A model generated the notes under the pieces. That model saw only the letters and a program-made list of their open reading frames with translations, made no database searches and was not told where the DNA came from. Below are positions 9,935-18,558 of a stretch of DNA of 64,000 bases, piece by piece. The DNA lies in the NCBI GenBank assembly GCA_963711835.1, contig CAVQFQ010000017.1, forward strand, positions 352,001 to 416,000. The letters run 5' to 3'. The stretch's first letter is position 1, and each line of letters starts with the position of its first letter. A program made the position numbers and the translations under genes. The DNA is from an uncultured delta proteobacterium (GTDB taxonomy: Bacteria > Desulfobacterota > RBG-13-43-22).

Positions 9935-10192
9935 ACCTCGAAGTTGCATAAAAATTGATCGATAAAGGGTTTTTTCTAAATTAAAACGGTGTGTCCTAAC
10001 GATTTCAGAGTTGAGATCGAAATTCACTCCAGGTGAGGTTTGGCGTCCTAAAAAGTATCGATCAATTTTTACCCTTCGGGAAAGTCTGGGAAGCCGCATC
10101 TCCTTTGTTGTCCAGGGCTCGCGGTATGCATATACAGCTTCGCCCTGGACGCCTCGGATCTGCAACTTCCGAAACTTTTGCAACATCGAGGT
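9935..10192. repeat. Nested inverted-repeat element
   Basis: Outer IR ACCTCGA[A/T]GTTGCA (13/14), inner perfect 16-bp IR TAAAAATTGATCGATA (9949-9964/10056-10071), third IR GTCCAGGGC/GCCCTGGAC. Confidence 0.7.
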
Positions 10193-10238
10193 CAAGAGGA
10201 TTTCAGGGGATCATCAATTTTATTCGGAGGAGGCGACC

Positions 10239-10760
10239 ATGTATTCCAGCACCGTAATGGATCATTTTAAGAACCCTCGCAATGTGGGGGAAATTGAGAA
10301 GGCCGATGGGATCGGGGAAGTGGGAAATCCTCTCTGCGGGGATATGATGACCATTTACCTCAAGATCGAAGAGGAAAAAATCAAGGATATAAAATTCAAA
10401 ACCTTCGGCTGCGGAGCCGCCATTGCCGTTTCCAGCATGTTGACTGAAATGGCCAAGGGAAAAACCCTGGATGACGCCAAGAAGATTACCAACAAATCGG
10501 TGGCCGAAGCCCTGGAGGGATTGCCCAAAAACAAGCTCCATTGCTCCAACTTGGGGGCCGACGCCTTACATATGGCGATTCAGGATTATGAAGACAAAAA
10601 AGCCGGCATTGTCAGGCCTAAACCCAAAAGGGAAGATAAGCTTGAGCATATCCATGTTCACAAAGAGGGTGAGAAGTGTTATTGTCCCTACTGTAATATA
10701 GAGGTCACGGAACAATCGGCCGTATGTGTCGGATGCGGCGCCACCTTAAAGCCGGCCTAA
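10239..10760 (+). CDS. iscU: Fe-S cluster scaffold IscU/NifU-N with a C-terminal zinc-ribbon extension
   Basis: MYSSTVMDHFKNPRNVG, GNPLCGD, FKTFGCGAAIA, KLHCSNL; GGAGG RBS; tail CYCPYC...CVGCG. Confidence 0.92.
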   Translation: MYSSTVMDHFKNPRNVGEIEKADGIGEVGNPLCGDMMTIYLKIEEEKIKDIKFKTFGCGAAIAVSSMLTEMAKGKTLDDAKKITNKSVAEALEGLPKNKLHCSNLGADALHMAIQDYEDKKAGIVRPKPKREDKLEHIHVHKEGEKCYCPYCNIEVTEQSAVCVGCGATLKPA

Positions 10761-10785
10761 CCTGATCGGCCGAGGAAACGGAATA

Positions 10786-11958
10786 ATGAAGATGATCAAC
10801 TTAGATTATATTTCAGCCAATCCCCTCCTGCCCGAAGTCCAGGAAGCCATGATCGAGGCCATCCGGAACAATTACGGAAATCCCTCCAGCCCTCACCAGG
10901 TAGGGGACTTGGCGGCCGAAGCCCTTGAAAAGGCCCGTGCTTCCGTAGCCTGTTTACTAAACTGCCCAGAATCCAAGGAGATCGTTTTTACCTCGGGGGG
11001 TACGGAAGCGATCAATCAGGCCGTCAAGGGAGTCGCCTTGGCCAACGCCAAAAAGGGAAAGCATATCGTCACCTCCAACATCGAACACAATGCCGTGCTG
11101 CGTACGCTGCGCCGCCTGCGAATGATGGACTATAAAGTTTCCTCGGTGGAAGTGGATCAAAACGGGCGGGTAAATCCGGCTGATGTGGCCAAGGCTATTA
11201 CCGACCAGACCATTCTGGTGACCATTATGCACAGTAATAATGAAATCGGCACCATCCAGCCCATCGAGGAAATCGCCCAAATCACCCGCGAGAAAAAAAT
11301 TCCCCTGCATTGTGACGGCGTGACTTCCGTGGGGGTGGTTCCCATGGATGTTCAAAAGCTGGGGGTGGATCTGCTCAGTTTTTCAGCCAACCAGTTCTAT
11401 GGTCCTTCCGGGGTCGGGGCCCTTTATATAAGGCAAGGCACGGTTCTCTGGCCTCTGCTGGATGGGGGGGTCCAGGAAAATAATAAACGGGCCGGGACCG
11501 AAAATCTGATCGGGATCATCGGCCTGGGGGTGGCCGCCGATTTGGCGGTCCGTGACCTGGAGATCCGCACCCGGCAGACCCTTAAGCTGAAGAAGAAATT
11601 GATTCAGGGCTTAACCGAAAAAGTTGAAGATATCTTTATCAATGGGCACCCGGACCTTTCGTTGCCCAATCTGGTATCCGTTTCCATAAAATATATCGAA
11701 GGGGAAGGGATTGTCCTAATGCTGGACGAGGAAAAAATCCTGGTTTCCACCCGTTCGGCCTGTGCGGCCGGGGCCCTGCAGGCCTCACATGTATTGCTGG
11801 CTATCGGAAGAGAGTTTGCCGACGCCCAGGGAACCCTGGTCATTACCTTCGGCCAGGAGACCTCCGAGGCCGATATCGATCGTTTTCTGGACGTCTTAAA
11901 AACGGTGGTCCAGACCTTGCGGGAAATGTCCCCGCTTTACAAAAAAGGGACCAAATAA
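10786..11958 (+). CDS. iscS: IscS/NifS-like cysteine desulfurase homologue lacking the PLP Schiff-base lysine
   Basis: YGNPSS, FTSGGTEA, IEHNAV, NNEIGTIQP, RAGTEN, RSAC; SANQFYGP in place of SxHKxxGP. Confidence 0.85.
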   Translation: MKMINLDYISANPLLPEVQEAMIEAIRNNYGNPSSPHQVGDLAAEALEKARASVACLLNCPESKEIVFTSGGTEAINQAVKGVALANAKKGKHIVTSNIEHNAVLRTLRRLRMMDYKVSSVEVDQNGRVNPADVAKAITDQTILVTIMHSNNEIGTIQPIEEIAQITREKKIPLHCDGVTSVGVVPMDVQKLGVDLLSFSANQFYGPSGVGALYIRQGTVLWPLLDGGVQENNKRAGTENLIGIIGLGVAADLAVRDLEIRTRQTLKLKKKLIQGLTEKVEDIFINGHPDLSLPNLVSVSIKYIEGEGIVLMLDEEKILVSTRSACAAGALQASHVLLAIGREFADAQGTLVITFGQETSEADIDRFLDVLKTVVQTLREMSPLYKKGTK

Positions 11959-11960
11959 GA

Positions 11961-12098
11961 TTGATGGATTCGTAAAAAGTCACCAAAGCCGTCACCCCGG
12001 CGAAAGCCGGGGTCCAGAACTACGTGAATTTACTGGATTCCCGTTTTCACGGGAATGACGTAAATGGGCTTTCGATGATTTTTTCTGCAACGTTTAGG
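11961..12098. repeat. REP-doublet (REPIN-like) element, copy 1
   Basis: TTGATGGATTCGTAAAAAGTC is identical to 18393-18413; inverted pair GTCACCCCGGCGAAAGCCGGGGTCCAG / CTGGATTCCCGTTTTCACGGGAATGAC. Confidence 0.75.
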
Positions 12099-12128
12099 AT
12101 AACATAGGGAAGAAAAGGAGAACGTCAT

Positions 12129-12329
12129 ATGACCCGGGTTAAAATCAAAGGCATGAGCTGTAACCACTGCGTTATGGCCGTGTCCAAAGCTTTAAAAGAA
12201 ATCGAGGGCCTTGAGGAGGTCAACGTGGATCTGGCCAAAGGGGAGGCAACCTTTACCGAAGCGAAGCCGGTTGATCCGCTATTAATCAAGGAACGGATTA
12301 AGAAAGCAGGCTATGAGGTAGCGTCCTGA
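12129..12329 (+). CDS. CopZ-like heavy-metal-associated chaperone
   Basis: GMSCNHC motif, 66 aa, AGY near the C-terminus. Confidence 0.9.
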   Translation: MTRVKIKGMSCNHCVMAVSKALKEIEGLEEVNVDLAKGEATFTEAKPVDPLLIKERIKKAGYEVAS

Positions 12330-12351
12330 AAGACAACGAAAGGAGAGAAAA

Positions 12352-12510
12352 ATGGATCGATATATTTGTTCGGTTTGCGGCTATATTTACGATCCGGCCA
12401 ACGGGGATCCCGACAGCGGGATAAAGGCCGGGACCCGATTCGAGGACCTGCCTGAGGATTGGACCTGCCCAATCTGCGGGGCTACCAAAGATAAGTTTGA
12501 AAAGGAATAA
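12352..12510 (+). CDS. rub: Rubredoxin (52 aa, below the ORF-track cutoff)
   Basis: Manual translation [52 protein letters not shown]; AGGAG RBS. Confidence 0.97.
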   Translation: MDRYICSVCGYIYDPANGDPDSGIKAGTRFEDLPEDWTCPICGATKDKFEKE

Positions 12511-12538
12511 AGGGGACCAGGCCGAGGCTAAACGCATC

Positions 12539-13636
12539 ATGAAAAAAAAAGGCCATTCCCCTGAGTCCGATCGCGAATGGGTGATCCTCAAGGGGGCTAT
12601 TGAAAATACCAATGAAGGCTTCGTCACCATCGGCGAAGACCATAAGGTGATCATTTTTAATAAAGCCGCCGAGAAGATCTTCGGAGTCAGCCGCGAGGAA
12701 GTGCTCGGCAGGGATTTGGGCCTCATTTTAACCTCGGAGTGCAATCAGGGACATAAGGAAGCGGTTTCCCGTTATTTGGCCAACCGAAAACCTAAACTGA
12801 TCGGCCATCAAAGCGAGTTCCAGACGGCCCGGCCCAATGGGGAGGTTTTCCCCTTATCCATTTCCTTTTCGGTCTCGGAAGTGTCCGGTAAATTATATTT
12901 CACTGGTCTGATCCAAGACTTGACCGAGACCAAGGCCCTTCAGGAACAGGTGGCCCGATCGGAGCGACTGGCTGCTGTGGGTCAACTGGTGGCCGAAATC
13001 ACCCATGAGATCAAAAACCCTTTAGTGATGATCGGAGGATTTGCCCGGCAGTTGATTCGAAGCATCCCGGATGAAAAAAGCCAATCCAAGCTGAAGGTCA
13101 TCGCCGAGGAGGTCCAGCGCCTGGAAAAATTGATCCTGGAACTCCGGGAGGTTTACCGGCCCAAGAGCCTTGCTTTTGAACCTTTGAACCTTATGCAGTT
13201 GTTGGAAGAGGTCTATTTCCTTTCCAGAGAGGATTGTGAAAAAGGGAATATCCAGATCCGGCTGTTGAAAATGAAGCGGCCTATTCGAATTGAAGGAGAC
13301 CCGGAGAAGTTGAAACAGGTCTTTTTGAATTTAATCCGCAACGCCATGGAAGCCATGGAAAAAGGCGGCAGTCTGATTATCAAACCCAAGGTGGTTAAAG
13401 ACAAGGTGGAGATCTTCATCGAGGATACCGGTCCGGGTATTTCTCAAAAGGACCAGGAAAAGCTATTCACCCCGTTCTTTACGACCAAAAGCAAAGGAAC
13501 CGGCCTGGGACTTTGCGTCTCCAAGAGGATTATCGAAGACCACCCGGGCAGCACCCTGCGCCTGGACAGCGTGGAGGGCAAAGGGACCGTCGTCAAAATC
13601 ACCCTGCCTCTTTACCAAAAGGCAAAAAAGGCTTAA
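12539..13636 (+). CDS. Cytoplasmic PAS-domain sensor histidine kinase (FixL/NtrB-like)
   Basis: PAS (IFNKAAEKIFG), H-box EITHEIKNPL, N-box QVFLNLIRNA, DTGPG, PFFTTK, GTGLGL. Confidence 0.92.
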   Translation: MKKKGHSPESDREWVILKGAIENTNEGFVTIGEDHKVIIFNKAAEKIFGVSREEVLGRDLGLILTSECNQGHKEAVSRYLANRKPKLIGHQSEFQTARPNGEVFPLSISFSVSEVSGKLYFTGLIQDLTETKALQEQVARSERLAAVGQLVAEITHEIKNPLVMIGGFARQLIRSIPDEKSQSKLKVIAEEVQRLEKLILELREVYRPKSLAFEPLNLMQLLEEVYFLSREDCEKGNIQIRLLKMKRPIRIEGDPEKLKQVFLNLIRNAMEAMEKGGSLIIKPKVVKDKVEIFIEDTGPGISQKDQEKLFTPFFTTKSKGTGLGLCVSKRIIEDHPGSTLRLDSVEGKGTVVKITLPLYQKAKKA

Positions 13637-13690
13637 GAAAGCCTCCCGGCCCGGGACGAGAAAAAAATAGTAAGGGATGAGGTGTAACCA

Positions 13691-14878
13691 ATGAAACCGG
13701 TAGAAGTCAGTAAAGATATTTATTGGGTGGGAGTCGTTGACTGGAATATTCGCGATTTTCATGGCTATGCCACCCCGATGGGCTCGACCTATAATGCCTA
13801 TCTGATCCTGGATGACAAAGTCACCTTGATTGATACGGTCAAGAAGGAATTTGCCGATCAGTTACTCGAACAGATCAGTGCGATTATTGATCCGAAAAAA
13901 ATCGACACTGTCATCAGCAATCACACCGAGATGGATCATTCCGGTGGGTTGCCTCGGGTTATGCATAAGATCGGGGAGGATAAACCCCTTTATTGTTCCA
14001 AAGTAGGGCAGAAAAATCTGTCCCTCCATTTCAGGGAAAAATGGAATTACCGACCGGTGGAAAGCGGCGGAGAATTAAGCCTGGGGAAAAAGACCTTAAC
14101 CTTTCTGGAAACCCGGATGCTCCACTGGCCGGACAGCATGTTTACCTATGTCAAGGAAGACCAGCTTCTTTTTTCCAGCGATGCTTTCGGCCAGCATTAT
14201 GCCGGTCTGGAACGCTTTGACGACCAGGTCGGCGAGGCCATCATGCCTCAGGCCCTGAAATATTTTGCCAATATCCTGTTGCTTTACGCTCCTTTGGTTC
14301 TTCAGTTGGTGGAAAAGGTGGCCCAGATGAAACTGGCCATCAAGACCATTTGTCCCGACCACGGGATCATCTGGAGAAAAGATCCGGGGAAAATTATTCA
14401 GGCCTACGTGGACTGGAGCACTCAAAAACCCAAAAAGAAGGCCGTGGTGGTCTATGATACCATGTGGCACAGCACCCAAAAAATGGCCGAGTCCATAGTG
14501 GACGGCCTGGCCAAAGAAGGGATCGAGGCCAGGCCCATGCACCTCCGGACCAACCATCGCAGCGACATTATAACCGAAATCCTGGATGCCGGGGCCGTCG
14601 TGGTCGGTTCTCCCACCTTAAACAACGGTCTTTTCCCCACCGTCAGTGACTTCCTGACTTATATGAAAGGCCTGAAGCCGAAAAAGAAAATAGCCGCGGC
14701 CTTTGGTTCATTTGGCTGGAGCGGGGAGGCCGTCAAGCTGATCAACAAAGAACTGGAAGAGATGAAATTCGACCTGATTGATCCTGGCCTGAAGATTCAA
14801 TTCGTACCCGATTCGGATGGCCTGGAAGCGGCTTTTCAATTGGGTTGCAAAATCGGGCAGGCCCTTCATAAAAATTGA
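13691..14878 (+). CDS. fprA: Flavodiiron protein (FprA/rubredoxin:oxygen oxidoreductase)
   Basis: NHTEMDHSG, MLHWPDSM, SDAFGQH, CPDHG and a flavodoxin domain (AFGSFGWSGEAV). Confidence 0.95.
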   Translation: MKPVEVSKDIYWVGVVDWNIRDFHGYATPMGSTYNAYLILDDKVTLIDTVKKEFADQLLEQISAIIDPKKIDTVISNHTEMDHSGGLPRVMHKIGEDKPLYCSKVGQKNLSLHFREKWNYRPVESGGELSLGKKTLTFLETRMLHWPDSMFTYVKEDQLLFSSDAFGQHYAGLERFDDQVGEAIMPQALKYFANILLLYAPLVLQLVEKVAQMKLAIKTICPDHGIIWRKDPGKIIQAYVDWSTQKPKKKAVVVYDTMWHSTQKMAESIVDGLAKEGIEARPMHLRTNHRSDIITEILDAGAVVVGSPTLNNGLFPTVSDFLTYMKGLKPKKKIAAAFGSFGWSGEAVKLINKELEEMKFDLIDPGLKIQFVPDSDGLEAAFQLGCKIGQALHKN

Positions 14879-15002
14879 TAGGATTCCCTCTCCCGACGAG
14901 GCAGAACGGATCCGCCTAAGCGGCTCGGCCTGAGTTCACCGGCAAGTGCCGCAGATAGATCTGATGGCCGGCTGGCTTGGGAGGGGAAGCGAGGGGAAAG
15001 TT

Positions 15003-15980
15003 ATGACAGGGAGCGGCATCAGGACCGGTTTCGCTGCTTCAATTTTGTTTTTTTTGGTCTTTCCTTTTTTCCAGGTAGGGTCGGAAGCCCTTTCCCAGGA
15101 AAAAAGGGACGCGGTTTACCGCAAGGTCTTTGACCTTGATCTGCCCTATGGCCAAGGCCCAGGCGCCCTGGGACTCCAGGACCGGCTCGACCAGCCGCCT
15201 CGAGGGCCGGAGTCCTTCAGCTCCGATGCCGAGGGCAATCTTTACCTTTGCGATACCGTTAATCGAAAGATAAGCATCTGGTCACCCCTCCGAAGATTCT
15301 TCACTGAAATTCTCCTACCGACCGATATAAGCCCCAATGATATTGTTCTCGACAGCCGGGGACGGCTTTATATTTTTGACGACCATAATGGAAAACTTTA
15401 CCAGCTCGATAAGTCGGGCAGTATTTTAAAAACCGTAGCGGTAGATCATACCCGCCGCTGGAGCCGGGGTCCGATTCATATTGTGGGAGATCTGATTTAT
15501 ATGGCCGGCGGCGATCAGGAGGACATCCTGATCGGAAAAATTGAAACCGGGATGCTGAAGGAATTGGCTGCCGCAGTCCCTTCCGCCATACCCGGCCGAG
15601 GTATCCATGGGGCCAGCGGCAGGCGGTATTTCCTGCGTCTGATCAAAGGGAAGGGGGCGACCGTTGAAATAGTCCAGCCGAGCGGTGTCTTGGTTCAGTC
15701 TTTGGAGTTGGCCCAGCCCAAGTTGCTGACCATCCAATTTTTAGGAGAGGATCAGAAGGAGAATTTTTATCTTCAGACCGAGTCCTTAGAAAATGAAGCT
15801 CTCATTCTGGAGGTTCAAAAATTTAATGCCCGAGGGGACTATCTGACTTCTATCCGGATTCCCGAAAATAACTACCAGCTCTGGTCCGTGAAGCTTCTTG
15901 CGGTAGACGAAAAAGGAACGGTTCATCAATTTTTGCCCACCCGGGACAAGGGCAAGCTAACGAGCTTCGGCTCCGAATAG
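15003..15980 (+). CDS. Secreted beta-propeller (NHL/SMP-30-like) protein
   Basis: Hydrophobic N-terminus; repeats GPESFSSDAEGNLYLCD, PNDIVLDSRGRLYIFD, LAVDEKGTV. Confidence 0.65.
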   Translation: MTGSGIRTGFAASILFFLVFPFFQVGSEALSQEKRDAVYRKVFDLDLPYGQGPGALGLQDRLDQPPRGPESFSSDAEGNLYLCDTVNRKISIWSPLRRFFTEILLPTDISPNDIVLDSRGRLYIFDDHNGKLYQLDKSGSILKTVAVDHTRRWSRGPIHIVGDLIYMAGGDQEDILIGKIETGMLKELAAAVPSAIPGRGIHGASGRRYFLRLIKGKGATVEIVQPSGVLVQSLELAQPKLLTIQFLGEDQKENFYLQTESLENEALILEVQKFNARGDYLTSIRIPENNYQLWSVKLLAVDEKGTVHQFLPTRDKGKLTSFGSE

Positions 15981-15991
15981 GTTATCAATAG

Positions 15992-17819
15992 ATGCCCTTC
16001 CCGAAATTCAGACACCTCTTGAATATCATTCTACTGGGGCTAGGGGGCGGCTTTGTGCTGCTGCCTTCCAATGGAGCGGCCTGGACGGGAGATCCCTGGG
16101 GACCGATTACCAGGGATCAGGTTATTGCCGCGGCCATTGAAATGGTCGATTTGCAATGGAGCCCCAACCGGAATATCACCAACTGGCAAGGCTGGGGCTA
16201 TTATGACGAAAATGGCTATTACATTGAATTTGCAACCTATTTTCGAAGGGACGTGATTTACACCGGCATTGCCTATACCCGGCGGGATCCTCAAGAAAAT
16301 TGGGATGAATTTTATTATGCTGTGACGAACACGGCCGGGGGAAACACGGCCTATGGGGTCGATTGTTCCGGTTTTGTTTCCGTAAGCTGGGGGTTGCCGA
16401 AAAGATATAATTCCGGGGATTTGGAATGTGACGCCGTTAATGCCCGCCACGATTGCTCCAATTACAGGTGGTTGACCGACGATTACGTGGTATCCCTGGC
16501 CGGGTTTGGCCAGGCCTTCAACGTAAACCTCTTGCCCGGGGATGCCCTGAATTACCCCGGCCATCACACTTTCCTTTTCAACCGCTATCTCGACAGCGGC
16601 ACTATAGAGGCCATGGAGCAGCTTCCCTCTGCTCCCCGGAGGAGTACCTGGGCTTACAGCCAATTGATCGATTACCGGCCCATACGAAGACAAATGATCA
16701 CCAACACCCATAGTTGGGATTTCGATGCTCCAAACAACCCCAAGGAAGGCTGGACCGCGGTCAATGCCGAACAATTTTTTGCTGAGAACGGCCTCTTAAT
16801 AATCGAACCCCGGGGCTTCAGATCCCCAGGTCATTAGCCCCCCCATTGTTGAAAATCCGGCCAATTCAAATATTGTCCAGATCCGCATGGCCAGCAATGC
16901 CCCGGACGGACAGGGCGCGGTGTACTTTACGGTCCAGGGAAGTTCAAATTTTTCGGAGGACAAAAAAGTTCCTTTTTCGGTGGTCAATGAACCGGGGGGA
17001 ACGGCCCGCTTTTACGAATATGTGGTGCCCATGTTGATCAACCCGAATTGGGCGGGGACCATTACCCGAATCCGGATCGATCCCTCCGATACCGGGATTC
17101 CAGGAAGCGGCTATGACGCCGTCGGATTCGATTATATTAAATTAACCCACTCTTCCCTGGTGACCGGCAATCAAGCCTCGTCGGCCGGGAATTCCGGAAA
17201 CAAAACCGCCACCCCCGGCCAGATGTTCACGGCCTGGTTCGATGTTAAGAACACCGGGTCTTCGGTCTGGTCAGGAGACCTTGGCTATGCCCTGGGATGG
17301 GTCTCCGGCGGCAGCGCTCCTTCTCACGCTTGGATCGGCCTGTTGCCCGGTGAGCTGATTAAGCCCGGGGAAATAAGAAGATGGAACCTCACTTTTACTG
17401 CTCCCCTATCTCCGGGGCTTAATACCATTACCTGGCAGATGGCCCAAGATCTGGTGCAGCGCTTCGGAGATCCTCTGGCCTTAACCCTGATCGTAGTGAC
17501 CGATGTTCCTCAAGCTGCCAACAATTTAATGGTTTCAAAAGGAGACTATCCTTTTGCCGTTCACCTGGGATGGTCGGCCTCTTCGGATGCTGATGGATAT
17601 AAGATATTCCGCAGGGAAGGGACCGCAGACTATGCCTTGATCGGGACTACCGGGGCCGTGCTGTTTAATGACCGGACAGCTGATGTGGGAAAGACCTACG
17701 ACTATTGCGTTAAAGCCTATAATGTAATCGGTGACGGCCCGGATGTTTGTGACAGTGGTTTCTATTCGCTTGCCCCCCAGACCATCATTTACATTCCTTT
17801 TATTCTAAATGAACCCTGA
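15992..17819 (+). CDS. Secreted NlpC/P60-like cysteine amidase with Ig-like (NBR1) and Fn3 domains; split by a +1 frameshift at about 16808-16811
   Basis: GVDCSGFVSVSWGL and GHHTFLF catalytic motifs; removing one C joins EPGASDPQVISPP to the 16887-17819 ORF; VKNTGSSVW and YDYCVKAYN. Confidence 0.7.
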
Positions 17820-17937
17820 AAAGGCCTTTCCTCCTTTCCCTGTTTAAAAAAATCCTCACTTAAATAAGTTTCTTTTAAAAAAAATTAATATGTGCTATTA
17901 TCCATCCGGCACATTATAGAGAAGACAATTCTAAATT

Positions 17938-18379
17938 ATGGGTCGTTTTCCTTCCGCCATGAGTTTGTTTGTAGTGGTTCATCTCCTGATTCTTTTGTGG
18001 CTCCCTCTTCTCTGGGCCGGCTCCGAGGGGTTTAAGGGCCGAATGGGAGGCCCCTGTGAATACAATCAGTACCGGGGGAAGGCCCGGATTGCATCCATCA
18101 AGGGGTTGCCGGAACCAAATCAGGGCCGGGAGAAATTCGAGGTAAAGTTTATTTTTCTGCCGGAGGAAGAGATCAAGGAATCCTTTGCCCGGGTGGAAGG
18201 CCGGGAATTTCTTGCTGCTCCTGGCCAATTCCACCTACCCGGAAGGCCCTTTCCTGGATCGTTATCAGATCAAGCCGGGCAGGGTCTTTGACTGTATCTT
18301 GAAAGTGATCAGGAAGGGGACCTGTACGCCAATGTTGTTTGATTTCCCCGGTATCAATCTGTCGGATTATGAAAAATAA
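17938..18379 (+). CDS. Hypothetical secreted protein, split by a +1 frameshift near 18208-18212
   Basis: Signal peptide and GGPCEY in the first frame; LLLLANSTYP...CILKVIRKGTCTP in the second; one extra T joins them. Confidence 0.6.
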
Positions 18380-18392
18380 AAAGAAACCTGAC

Positions 18393-18527
18393 TTGATGGA
18401 TTCGTAAAAAGTCGCTGAAAGCTCATTTTTGTCATCCCCGTGAAAACGGGAATCCAGTATTTTTAATTAGTTACACATGGCTTGGATTCCCGCCTGCGCG
18501 GGAATGACGACTTTTTACGAACTTGTC
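18393..18527. repeat. REP-doublet (REPIN-like) element, copy 2
   Basis: Ends TTCGTAAAAAGTC / GACTTTTTACGAA; inner GTCATCCCCGTGAAAACGGGAATCCAG and TGGATTCCCGCCTGCGCGGGAATGAC. Confidence 0.78.
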
Positions 18528-18558
18528 TAACTTAACTGTTTGAAAAAGGAGAGTTAAT

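Noticed and set aside
10011-10238. Long N-terminal extensions in the ORF track (iscU, livM, larA-like, yqgE, CAP protein, flippase)
   Set aside because: They run through repeats or neighbouring genes; downstream starts match the family N-termini and several have a clear RBS.
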